Below are positions 38,706-48,291 of a DNA stretch of 64,000 nucleotides, piece by piece (within the stretch, counting starts at the first letter, position 1; every line of letters starts with the position of its first letter). The translations under genes were made by a program, and so were the position numbers. Source of the stretch: Glycera tridactyla. Lineage: Eukaryota. The stretch is taken from contig OZ286459.1 in the NCBI GenBank assembly GCA_965644265.1, positions 125,674,001-125,738,000 on the forward strand, in the 5' to 3' direction. The notes under the pieces were generated by a model. The model searched no databases and was not told the DNA's origin. It saw only the letters and a list, made by a program, of their open reading frames with translations.

Positions 38706-41700
38706 ATGTATGTGTGCAAGCATGCTTGTGTGCTATCCTAGCCAGCATGATTGATATCCTATGGATATGACTTCATACTCCACCGCGGACTGATAGCTTC
38801 CGTTACATTTGAATTCTGACAGGCAGATAACATGTCATTCTCTCCAAGCTACAACCCCTCTTGTTTTAGGATGATCTTTTTTCACAATCAGGTAGATGAT
38901 TTATTTCTGTGATTGTTTTTTTCTCAGATGATGGATCTGATGAGAGTCTTGTCTAATCAGTCGCCAGGAACAGGATTTGGCAAAAAGTTCTTGCCAGTAG
39001 CATCTGTGGTGTTTGTCTTCTGCTGCCCTGATCAGGTGAGCTAGCAGCAGCAGTATGACTTTTGTAAAGAGACAACTTGAATGATGTGTCATTTCTTTTC
39101 CAGTCATACAATTTGATCAATTTGATGATAAAGGTGTGGACCTTTAGAAATTGTGATAATGGAGTTGAACATTTTCTTGACCCTCATCATATGTGTTCCA
39201 TTTTAATATGCGTCGTAATCCAGAATCATGTATTTCTGTTCATAGGAGACAACCATACATGTATATATTGCAACACAACCTCAGATTTGTGGCAGACCTT
39301 CACCTTGCCTCAAAGAATTCTGTTGGAATTTATGAAATTGAAACTTGCTGGGTATGGTCTCAGCTGCTCAGATCTGCATATTATTTGAGTATACCCAGTC
39401 TATCCGGAAACTTACTTTTTTTTTTAGGAGATTTTTGGTGGCCTATGTGCATCAGAATTCATCCAACATATTTGGTGACTCCCTTTTCTTCGGCAAATTA
39501 CCCTAAATATTAAATGTGGTATGGCTTCACAAAAATCAGAAATAGCAGACTCAGTCCATTAGTCCAATGATTCATGTACATTCAATAGCATCAAATAAGT
39601 CAATATTAGGCAAAGTACAAGGTGCCATATTTGAAATAGACATGCATTAATAATGCAGATTGCCATATCAGAGTTTGTTCATGGACTGGAAGTATCATCT
39701 TTGGATATTTTTCAAATTATTGCTAGTACATCTGTACAGCTATTTTTGACAAAGTATGATCACTGATGAATGGTTTGATGTGGTTGTAGACATCCATGGG
39801 TGTGTTTGTCCGAGAGACCGCCACCAAGCGGCTGAAGGAGTATTGGCCGGGAGTGGATGATTCGCAGATATTCTTCCTTTGTACTGCTGAATGTTTGTCC
39901 CCGCTACAAAAGGAGATGACCTCCACTGAGTTTTTCAAATTTCTTGCATGTCTGGAACGGCTTACACTCAGCTACCTTGAGCACAGAATCACACTCACAA
40001 ACAGGTAAATGGGATGTCCCCCATCTTTCTCTATTTTGCAATCAGTCTGTCTGTCTGTCTGTCTGTCCCTGTTCTCCCGATCTCTCTCACTTTATTACCT
40101 GCTCTTTCTTCTATCTCCATCTCTGTTTCTGTCTCTATCTCATTTTGTTTCATCTCTGTCTCTTTCCTTTCTTCTCCCTCCCAGCTGCAATCCCCTCTCA
40201 TGACCTTGATCTTGACTTCATCATGGAATTTGAAACATTTCTTTGGAACTCATTTGATTGTCTGATTCTTCCAGCTGGATGCAGCAGTTTGTTTCTCGCG
40301 TCCTCCACCATCTGCGTGCATTCCTCAATCAGTCGGAAAAATCACAAGAAGATCGATTCGGGACATTCAGCGAGATACAGCTGCGACTGAACCAGTTGAC
40401 GAACCAAGCAGATGAGTTTTTTCACCGATTACGTCAAGAAGTTGATGGAAAAGTTGAAGAAGCCACCATCTTGCTGCGCAATCATCTTGTCAGTGATGAG
40501 GTCATGGCACGAATTTCTGTGTGGTCTGAAGAGGAGATTCCCAGTGAGCAAATATGGCAAGAGGTCGAGACAAGTATTCGAGAACGTATATCACACAAAT
40601 TATATGTGGAACTGTCACGGTGGGAGGAAGAGAAGATGTTCTTCAAAAACTTACGTCCACATTTGATTAAACATTTCCAAAAACAATTTGCCGGTATTGA
40701 AAAGCAATTGACGATGGTTGAGAACATGATCTCTCGTCATGACTCGCGCATTTGTCTCCTTGATATATGCGATAGTCCAAATGAAAGAGATACTGACCAG
40801 TGTATCGGATTCCTGCCACAAAAGTTGAATCTCAATATTGGACAGAAGATAGCTCTTGGAGTGGCTGCACCATTTTTAGTACCAATTGCTCTCACCATAG
40901 CTGTTTTAGGACTTCCCATCATAGGTGGTATGGCTGCTAAGGATCTTATCATTGAGAAAATTGCTGAAAACCGCTTGAAGGAATACAATGCTGACAAGAT
41001 GAAGTTTCTGAAAAGAAAGACTCCTGAAGAAATACGGAAATTTGTCAAATCCAAAGCACTTGAGAAATATATACGGACCCAATTACGGCCTGCGTATAGG
41101 TGTATTGAGCAGCTGGAGGAAGTAGTTCCAGGGCAGATTGATGCGGATAAGTGTCAGGTGGAAAGTTTGTGTAATGATGCGCGAGAAGCCAAGGATTTCG
41201 TGCGATTCTACCAACCTCTCGTTGAAATATTTGAATATGACAAACAGATGTTGACACTCTTCCGAGTCATGCACATGCAGAGAGAAAAAGTTGACCTCAG
41301 ATTCAGGTGAGTTTGATACCATCTATCCGTACTCAAACCCAAATCAATATGACTTATGCAACCAAAAATTAACAATTGAAGGGCTATCTGATATATGATA
41401 TTGATTCAGGGGTGTGAAACTGATGACAGGAAAGCAGGTTGCACTGTTTGTCTTTAAAGACACTGAGCTATGCTTGGGTGCTTATAAACTTTTAACACAT
41501 AAGGATAAAATGTCACCCAAATCTCAAAGAAATTAATGGAAGATATCACAATCATCGTTTAGACACCAACTCTCAATGTGCATATGAAGAGCTTTAGGAA
41601 TGGACCAGGTGTGTATCTTCCCATATTTGAGTTGTCGTCTTCACCCTACATCTGCTTTTTTCTTTGTGACTGACAACTATTTTTGAGAAAAAATCAGAGT

Positions 41701-44666
41701 AAGAAATCAAGATGCAAATTATCTTAGAGCATGTAATAGATAACTTTGTATTTCATGAAATGTTATTTCTGTATGGCATGATTGGAAGAGATTGTTTTGT
41801 ATGATTGTTCTAGTGATGTGACCCATCCTCAAACGGTGAGGACTATCTGTCAAGGATTGAGTTCAACAATTCGTGGTGATTTCTGGGTGGATGATGATAT
41901 CTACCACAGTAAAAGTAAACGAGCTGTCTCCCTGCGACAGCTCAATGTCAAACTTGAGCCAAGCACGGTTGATGACTATCTTCAAGAAGAAGAAGCTTAT
42001 CGGTAAGTTCACCCAACTTCATTCCTTTTTTCTGTGCTATTCACTACCCAAGCTCCGATTAACTATCAGAAAGTGATCTACATATGATTGGCTCTGCATT
42101 TGTATGGTTTTTGGGAGATTCTTGGTAGCTGAGTACAGCTCTGTGAATATCCAGTGACTGGACATGACAAAACAACCATTGGACTATTATCAAGAGTCTC
42201 CAAAACAAAAAAGCCAGCATCTTGTTCTATATTGCTTAATTCCTTTGATGTGACAGTCTTGAATAGCACATGGGAGGTGGAAGGTGTTTAGATTATTCAG
42301 AATTGATGGTTTTGTTGGGGATGGGATGGGGCAAAACTGCCTCCATTGCGACCTTTCTGTGGAATGCAATGGCAGGGAATTTAATCAGCAATTAGGTCAT
42401 GTATTGTCGATGGGATCTTTTTACTCCCCATTTAATTATATGAATTAGCTTGAGAATCACTCTGGGAGCTCATGTCAGGATAGGAGAACAGTATCAAGTA
42501 TTATGATACATTTATATGTTTTCACAATGGAGATTCATGTCTGAGTTTGCCGAATTTTTTCTTCATCAAGAACCTTCATCTCCCCCTTTTCCCTTCATTT
42601 TCTAAAAAGAGGAAATAGGCAATGCTCATCCTCTCGAATAGATATGCAATGATCTTTGAAGGCAGGTGGCCTTTGAACCAATATGGTCTCTTAAGCAGGT
42701 ATGATTGTATGATTATATAGTTGCCTACCCAATAGAATACTGCTAATTCCTGATTGTATGTTTCCGATCTCTTGGCGAAAGTCAGTGCAAGCCAAGCTAA
42801 TCATTGTCCATCTTTCTACCCAATAGGTGGCAGGCTTGCCCCCACATAGTCAAGTTTTATGGTGTGACCAAGGATTCTCGATACCTGTATCACATTATTG
42901 AGCCTTTATCATGTAGCCTGCGTCACTTCCTCAATAATGCCCCGGAAGCAGCTGTTGAAGTCTCCGACCGGAATCGCTTCAACTTCCTCAAGAGTAAGAT
43001 GGTTGAGGTGGTGCGAGGCTTGGATTATCTACATGACCGTGGTTGGGTGCATTATGATCTTTCCTTAGACTCCTTAGCGGTAAGTACATTGATTCAATAG
43101 TTTTTAATGGAGTTCCACTTTTCAACCAATATATCTAAAATTGCAACTGCTATCAAATATTATCAATAACACCTGTTCTCAATTAGAAAAGAAATCCAAA
43201 TCAAGAATGCAATACGAATATGATTTCCGCCAGATGCTCACACCTGTCCCGAGATTGATTGGTTGATTGATTGATTGGGGCTCAACATCTCTATCAATCA
43301 AGCAATCAACCCCCGGACAGGTGGAAGCATCCGACGGTAATCATGTTATTGTATTCAGGGATGGGTGAATTACCAGGAACATGTGCTGGGGTTGAACGAG
43401 GGATGAGCACTAAACACCAAGCACTGATATCAGCAGTAAGTTTGTTGCAAACATCATCTCAGTTTATTTGCTGAGTGTCCACTTTCTGAAAAGCTGATGT
43501 CATCTATACTGGATTTCCATCATGATTGTGAAAATCCATGATTGGTGATCATTGTTTATCAAAGTTAACTGTAGATCAGTTTACCATTATTGGGAACTAA
43601 TTATGTATAATAAGATAGTAATTTGACATTTCTTTTTCAACCACATTTATGAAGTCAACATTTGCAAACATATGACTTCCATAAAGAAATCTTCATGTCC
43701 ACATTAATAAAAAAGATAGGAAGATGAGAATTTTTCACAAGAAGCCACAAGTCCATCCTAGCTGACTTGCTCAACTCTTAGATTCTGAGTAATTGCATAT
43801 GAGGAATAAGTCTGGAGTATTCACCTAGGGGTGTCCCCTATATTTCTAAGGACTATATTTGGAGAACAGTGTATAATTGGTATTTGAGATACAGTGAAAC
43901 CTGTCTTGGGAGACCCCTCTTTTGGGAGACCACCCTCTAATGGGAGACCACTCTATAGGCTCTTCTCTATTTGAAAGAGTCAAATATACCTCCAATGAGA
44001 GACCGCCTGTCTTGAGAGACCGCTTTTCATTGGGGTTAGGGGCGGTCTCCCAAGACAGGTTTTACTGTATTCACCGGGTAGTGGACAGTAATAATAGTCA
44101 ATTTCATGACCAGATTGAGAATTGAGGATGATCTTGTAGAGAAGTTGGTTGACATGAATTCTCTTTTTGTGTAGGTGGATGCAAGTGCTACAGTCAAACT
44201 GACAAACATAAGTTCACGCCGGATGATCAAGATTGAGCGAGACTTGGACAAATCGGAGATCCAGAACTATGCGCACCTGCCGCATGAAGTGATTGTCGAT
44301 CCTCCAGCTGCTTACACCTCATCATCGGAGATGTACAGTGTGGGCATCTTGATGTGGGAGATGTGGACGTTCAAACGGGCATTCGAGGATAAACTGAATG
44401 TCACTGATGGGGACACAGAGCTGGCCGAGGAGGTGATAGACTCGATTGATAAATTTGCATCTTTTGTGGAGATAAATCGTCCAAGACTTGACACATTCCT
44501 GAATGATGCTGGTGAGCCATTGTCCAACTACTGCGAGATCTGGATGAACTATATGCAGCAGTGTTGGGCCGAGTCAGAGCGCTTGACGAGCAAAGCTTGG
44601 CTACAGTTGCTTGATGAGATGAAGTGCCCGGAAGCACTATCCATCAAAGAGCAACACTTTAATTAG
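27975..44666 (+). CDS. Dynamin-like pseudo-GTPase / hydrophobic hairpin / pseudokinase fusion protein (DSTYK-like architecture), 10 coding exons, 973 aa
   Basis: Exons 27975-28182, 29116-29243, 30506-30661, 38475-38615, 38928-39035, 39790-40004, 40275-41306, 41814-42002, 42827-43079, 44175-44666. All introns are GT-AG with matching phases (1,0,0,0,0,2,2,2,0). Sum 2922 nt with no internal stop. In-frame upstream TAA at 27951. Confidence 0.85.
28790..28910. repeat. 30-bp minisatellite x4 in intron 1
   Basis: CTTGTGTAAGGCCCATTATCAGAACATTCT repeated. Preceded by (CA)n and an about 100-bp tandem duplication at 28546-28716. Confidence 0.9.
29116..29243 (+). CDS. Coding exon 2 (G1-like [20 protein letters not shown]2 Thr)
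   Basis: TTGCAG acceptor, GTAAGG donor, dynamin-family pattern. Confidence 0.9.
30506..30661 (+). CDS. Coding exon 3 (VHFWD...[11 protein letters not shown])
   Basis: TTTTCAG acceptor, GTTAGT donor, phase 0/0. Confidence 0.85.
30800..35050 (+). mobile_element. CR1/L2-group LINE, apparently near full length, sense orientation in intron 3
   Basis: CpG-rich 5' region (left boundary approximate), APE-RT ORF, 3' UTR hairpin TAGGCC-ATTA-GGCCTA (34936-34951), AATAAA at 35013 and (TTGTCTA)4 tail at 35022-35049. Confidence 0.85.
31838..34711 (+). CDS. LINE ORF2: apurinic-like endonuclease plus reverse transcriptase (957 aa from first ATG)
   Basis: APE motifs HLNI, ISETFL, YRPP, LGDLN, IDQIL, SDHYLI. 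RT motifs [41 protein letters not shown]. Confidence 0.95.
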   Translation: MYGLSDLSMMKGLVFAHLNIHYILPKLDEIKRILFHADIDLLAISETFLNCDIEDSELYIENYCLIRLDRQELTRKSKGGGLVIYIRDNISFKHEETLCISKGSLELLCVRITLPNTRPIFCNAIYRPPDGKIQDFLSDLASTLDMLTSIGFVETICLGDLNLDFLKPNTRTMRQFRNLAYTYDLTHLIFEPTRTSDSSSTCIDQILTNRLELVKTAGIIEMGISDHYLIFLQRKHSKKKHSSKFIRARKMRGFSEEKFLNDIESIDWSILYDHTDPNDIWNEFVHAFRKVCDIHAPFTDMKVQGSLPEWMNHDFVSLCDARDSAKRIGDRTRCPVAKENYRILRNQVVSLGRNLKRNLLTTSIEESKHNSKKLWKILRSLVPSNKVSESVEADINGRTDKLGISEDFNKFFCNVGAELSKSLPNLGNIDLDDITSPGQIFSFSRVSESDTRKLLSRISASKATGLDGINPRFLKLACDKICGPISHLLNSSITSGIVPSEWKIARVTPLYKSGDRQSLGNYRPISVLPVLGKILERIIHDQLYNFFNGFNILDPNQHGFRPGHSTVGCTAELLDHLYLNLDNNNVTGLVFLDLKKAFDTVDHHLTSLKLRKYGVVGSANSWLRNYLSNRSQRTVYRGVSSEVMNISCGVPQGSILGPLLFIIYINDLPAVVRNSQVLLYADDTVIFYTGASVDEVENSLQEDLNSIESWLNKNKLFLNVQKTKSMLVKNYYFKGHTDLRLSMSNESIEQVDTFKYLGVILDHKLRFDAHIDHVCKKSRRKIGLLGRVRNYMTLNTSLLLYKSLISPLFDYCDIIYSQSTQESLLRLQRLQNRCCRIILKKPFRTPTIDMHVELGLNMLSDRRDLHMQVFMYKLVTHKIDSHYFAARLLSLDFQHERETRSRMNGNLIVPRTRTNQGEKALSVCGAKMWNSLDIESRNLPSVGSFKKACASNICIKN
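35074..36291. mobile_element. hAT-like non-autonomous element with 6-bp TSD
   Basis: Perfect 14-bp TIR CAGACCTGCCAACC / GGTTGGCAGGTCTG. GGCATA at 35068-35073 and 36292-36297. Subterminal TTACGA/TTACTGA repeats. Confidence 0.85.
35670..35848. mobile_element. Tc1/mariner-type MITE nested in the 35074-36291 element
   Basis: TA-CAGTGAAACCTG...CAGGTTTCACT. Confidence 0.8.
38475..38615 (+). CDS. Coding exon 4 (G3-like VLVDTPVVG)
   Basis: GTTGCAG acceptor, GTGAGC donor, followed by (GT)n. Confidence 0.9.
38928..39035 (+). CDS. Coding exon 5 (G4 position [10 protein letters not shown])
   Basis: TTTTTTTCTCAG acceptor, GTGAGC donor, 108 nt, phase 0/0. Not in the ORF track because it is short. Confidence 0.8.
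39790..40004 (+). CDS. Coding exon 6 ([17 protein letters not shown])
   Basis: GTTGTAG acceptor, AG/GTAAAT donor. Confidence 0.85.
40275..41306 (+). CDS. Coding exon 7 (helical/coiled-coil stalk with hydrophobic hairpin)
   Basis: 1032-nt open exon. Hydrophobic [30 protein letters not shown]. Confidence 0.9.
41814..42002 (+). CDS. Coding exon 8 (kinase N-lobe)
   Basis: TTCTAG acceptor, CG/GTAAGT donor. [19 protein letters not shown]. Confidence 0.85.
42827..43079 (+). CDS. Coding exon 9 (HIVKFYGV...[15 protein letters not shown])
   Basis: Kinase subdomains IV-VIb. GTAAGT donor. Confidence 0.9.
43892..44067. mobile_element. Tc1/mariner-type MITE in the last intron
   Basis: TA-CAGTGAAACCTGTCTTGGGAGACC...GGTCTCCCAAGACAGGTTTTACTG-TA. 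Confidence 0.85.
44175..44666 (+). CDS. Coding exon 10 (kinase C-lobe, stop)
   Basis: TTTTGTGTAG acceptor. [32 protein letters not shown] at 44664-44666. Confidence 0.9.
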   Translation: MDASATVKLTNISSRRMIKIERDLDKSEIQNYAHLPHEVIVDPPAAYTSSSEMYSVGILMWEMWTFKRAFEDKLNVTDGDTELAEEVIDSIDKFASFVEINRPRLDTFLNDAGEPLSNYCEIWMNYMQQCWAESERLTSKAWLQLLDEMKCPEALSIKEQHFN

Positions 44667-44873
44667 AAATATTTTTATCAGACATCAGCTTGCCACTAGA
44701 TATATTTTGTACAGGAAGGTTCCGAAATGCTTGATCATACATTAGCCATAGCAATATGCTTTGCGTGAAAACATAACAGACATAGATTTTATTAGTAGGA
44801 ATTTATTTTCTGATCCCAAATCCACCAACAGGCACCTGAATGTCACCAGATTCAGCAAGCATATTAGGTCATA

Positions 44874-45015
44874 CAGTGAAACCTGCTATGATGGTCACAT
44901 CAGAGGTATATTTGACTATGTCAGATGAAAATGCTGCCAGGGAAAAGTAGTCTACCATTGAAGGTGGTCTCTTGCAGGTGGGGAGGTGGATGGTCTCTCA
45001 TCACAGGTTTCACTG
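44874..45015. mobile_element. Tc1/mariner-type MITE
   Basis: TA-CAGTGAAACCTG...CAGGTTTCACTG-TA. Confidence 0.85.
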
Positions 45016-45275
45016 TACTCCAATATATGTGAAACTCATGACAGAAGATATGCAGTAGAATTTTGGTACAATTCACCCTCTTCCATTTATCCTTACATCT
45101 TCCCTTCTTATCATCTATTCCTATCTCCTATCTGAGATGGTCCGCTCTTCATTCCGCATTTCTGATGTCGATCAATATATTGTGATGGTCAGTGACGAAA
45201 CACTCTTCATCCAAATCTCTACAAATATTATCCACTGCTCATGGTAAAAGGGATTACAGAAAGGATATGGAGGTA

Positions 45276-45436
45276 CAGTCAAACCTGTCCTAAGCAGCCA
45301 CCCTTCGGGAAGAAAAAAAGTGGCTGCTTAGGGCAGGTGGCTGCTTAGAGCAGGTCAATTATATTGGAAAAAAAACTGAAGGGAAATTCAAAAGTGGATG
45401 CTTAGAGCAGGTGGCTGCCTAGGACAGGTTAGACTG
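45276..45436. mobile_element. Tc1/mariner-type MITE, CAGTCAAACCTG family
   Basis: TA-CAGTCAAACCTGTCCTAAGCAGCCACC...GGTGGCTGCCTAGGACAGGTTAGACTG-TA. Confidence 0.85.
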
Positions 45437-46994
45437 TAGTAGGAATTACTACTGACCACATGGAGAAGTGGCCTATTCTGGCTTCTGTGACAATTTGACC
45501 GTTATGCTACTGTATAATTGAGCGACATGAAAGTATGCCAAGTCCAGAACAGGAATGGCTCCTTAGTGAATCTCAAATAATGTCAGAATCTCATAATGAT
45601 CATCTAAACAGGTGTAATGTTTCACATTGCCATGTGACTGTTACTTCTCGTAATGGATATTGAAGACCTATTCATGGTGCATTTTGACACCATTAGATCT
45701 TGTACTGGTATTTCCACAAAACCACATGTGATTCATGTGTTTTTTCAAATAATAATTTGATGTTTATTTTGTTGGAATGTTCCTTGGCAATAGAGGGCAG
45801 TTGAGCGCTGAAGATGTGCAAAGTGAGTTCTTCAAGTTTCATGTTGAGATGCCAAATCTAGTTGCTGAAAGCTATCAATGCCCAGTGTCCTTGTAGGACC
45901 TTGATCATGTATTGTAATTGGAGAGAAGAAAAATATAGTAGTAAGTGATGAATTGCATATACATGTATCCGTTGTTAGCATGACATAATATTCATCTTAA
46001 TCTCTTCAATTCATGGGTGAGTTAAAGAATAGATGAAGGGCAACGTTATTTAAAAGGGAATGTATAAAACCAGTGGAGGCAGAATCTCAGTGATTCTAGG
46101 TTGCTGGTTCAGCCAAGGATGAATATCATAGGGTTCTATAGCGAGAACTCATGGTTATCACTCAAGTTGACCATATACCGCATTATTGACCACATTATAG
46201 TTCCATGTTATGAATTTAATTCTAGAGCAGTTACACAGAAATGTCTCTTCATGATATGAAACTGAGCAAGGAGGATACAAGCTGCAATGAGGTCATTGCT
46301 ATGGTGAAATCACTTCACAGGTCCCTAGCACCTGGGGCTACTGATTGTGATGTGAGGTGGGAACTAGAACTCAGATTGGTGTGCAGTTTGGTTGACTCAG
46401 GACATAGTTAGCGGTATTCCTTACTCTCTTATTGTGATACCATTCATACATCTTCATGCAAGGCTTTTGAGAACCTACAGTCAATTTCCACATTCAAATA
46501 AATTGGGCCTTTTCCCACCTGATGCATCTAATTATGCCCCCACAATAACCAATTCTATCCTGTGCTATATATACCCATTGAGGTTGAATAAACGCCTACC
46601 TACATACTTGCCTACTCACCGGTACTTACTAATCCCTTTTTGAGCCAGCCAGATATTTGGACCCCAGATCCCAAGGAGTGGGTTAAATTTTCTTACAATT
46701 TTATGCATTACCTGCTTTTGAGTACTGCGCTTTGTGGTAATGATACTTCAACAGCAGTACCAAACTATAGGAAATATTTTAAAAAATGTGTTCACAATAA
46801 CACATTTAGTGAGTGCAGTGACTGTCAAAAAACCTATGAATGCCTCTTTGGTGAGGTACGATTGAGCGATAATAATTGTATAATAGATCTGTGCTGAACC
46901 AACTGGAATTTGAAAATATGATCACCTGTCACCCCTTCAACCTCCATCATCACTGCTTTCCTGAATAGGTATAGCATGTTGGTATATAAAAGTA

Positions 46995-47142
46995 CAGTGA
47001 AACCTCTTTTGAGAGACCACTCTTTTGAGACACCACCCTCTTTCGAGGTTCCTTGGTTCTATTTGGCATAGTCGAATATACCTCCAATGAGAGACCACTT
47101 GTGGTTGACATTTGGCCCGGTCTTCCAAGAGAGCTTTTACTG
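46995..47142. mobile_element. Tc1/mariner-type MITE, degenerate
   Basis: TA-CAGTGAAACCT...GAGCTTTTACTG. Confidence 0.65.
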
Positions 47143-48220
47143 TCTTTACAAAGTTCTCTAAAATCCAAACTGGCTTACTCTTCAGGTGCAGAGAATGTGT
47201 CCTATTCTGGAACTCCTGGCAGAAAAACTGTAATTGGTAATACACTTGTCAACTCTTGATTAGCTTGATGATGGTATATATGCAATACATGCTGACATTA
47301 CAAAATGGCCAATTGGAATTCATACAGGTGAAAGTAATCCAGCTACAATTTCTTCATTCCCATGCTTATATTCATGAATAAATGATGGAATCCACAAAGT
47401 GGCTCCCATCATGAAAGACCTAGTGAACCATCAGTGATGCCAATTCTGAGAAAGAAATCAGAATTCGTGAGATTGGATGAAAATTAGCTAGGAGTTTCAG
47501 CACTGGTACTGTTGAGAAAATGTTGGGAACTGTCTGAATAATTTAATCATATTTCTGAAAATTTGTTTTATCTCTTTGACATCACTGTTAAATAGTCACT
47601 GTGTCACCACCACCACCACCACAAACATTTTACCTTTAGAGAGTGTGTGCGTGCCTGTGTGTGTGCATGCATGTGTGTATGTGTGCATGAAGTCTCATAG
47701 GGAATATGGTTGGTTATCATTGGAGACAAGATGGCGGCATTCTGTCTTCACTTTTCACAGATAATATATTGTCTCCTTATTTGAATGCATCTCTTCGTGT
47801 AAAAGTATACATGTCAAGCAAAAATATTACAGTCCTTTCCAGAGAATGAGTTCGACCTTTTCACTCTCTCAGAATCAGATTCACTCTTTCAGGAATTTGA
47901 TGATGTGTCCAAATTTGAGGACTGCTCTTGGTTGTCACTGGTGATCATTGAGTTGCTCCTCTGCCGTGTACAGAAGTAGACAAGACGGATGTTGAAAAAT
48001 CAGAAAGGTGATCAGGTTTTTGATACACCATTATAGTGTACATGAATGTGTACATGTATACAGGTGTGGATCATTTGATTAGTGCACAATGACTGATATT
48101 TATTTATTTTACTGCTTCTCCATATCTTCATCTTCAGCATATTGCCATTCCATGATTGCTATTTCTCCCTCTCTACCTCCTTTATCTCCCCTTCCTCTCC
48201 GCCATGCTCTCTCTCTCTCT

Positions 48221-48291
<71 letters not shown>

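Noticed and set aside
10090-41430. Hammerhead ribozyme cores at scattered CTGANGA motifs
   Set aside because: None showed a stem II followed by GAAA with pairing flanks on inspection.
27975-44666. Assigning the symbol DSTYK
   Set aside because: The architecture is similar, but the kinase lacks DSTYK signature motifs and orthology cannot be shown without a phylogeny.
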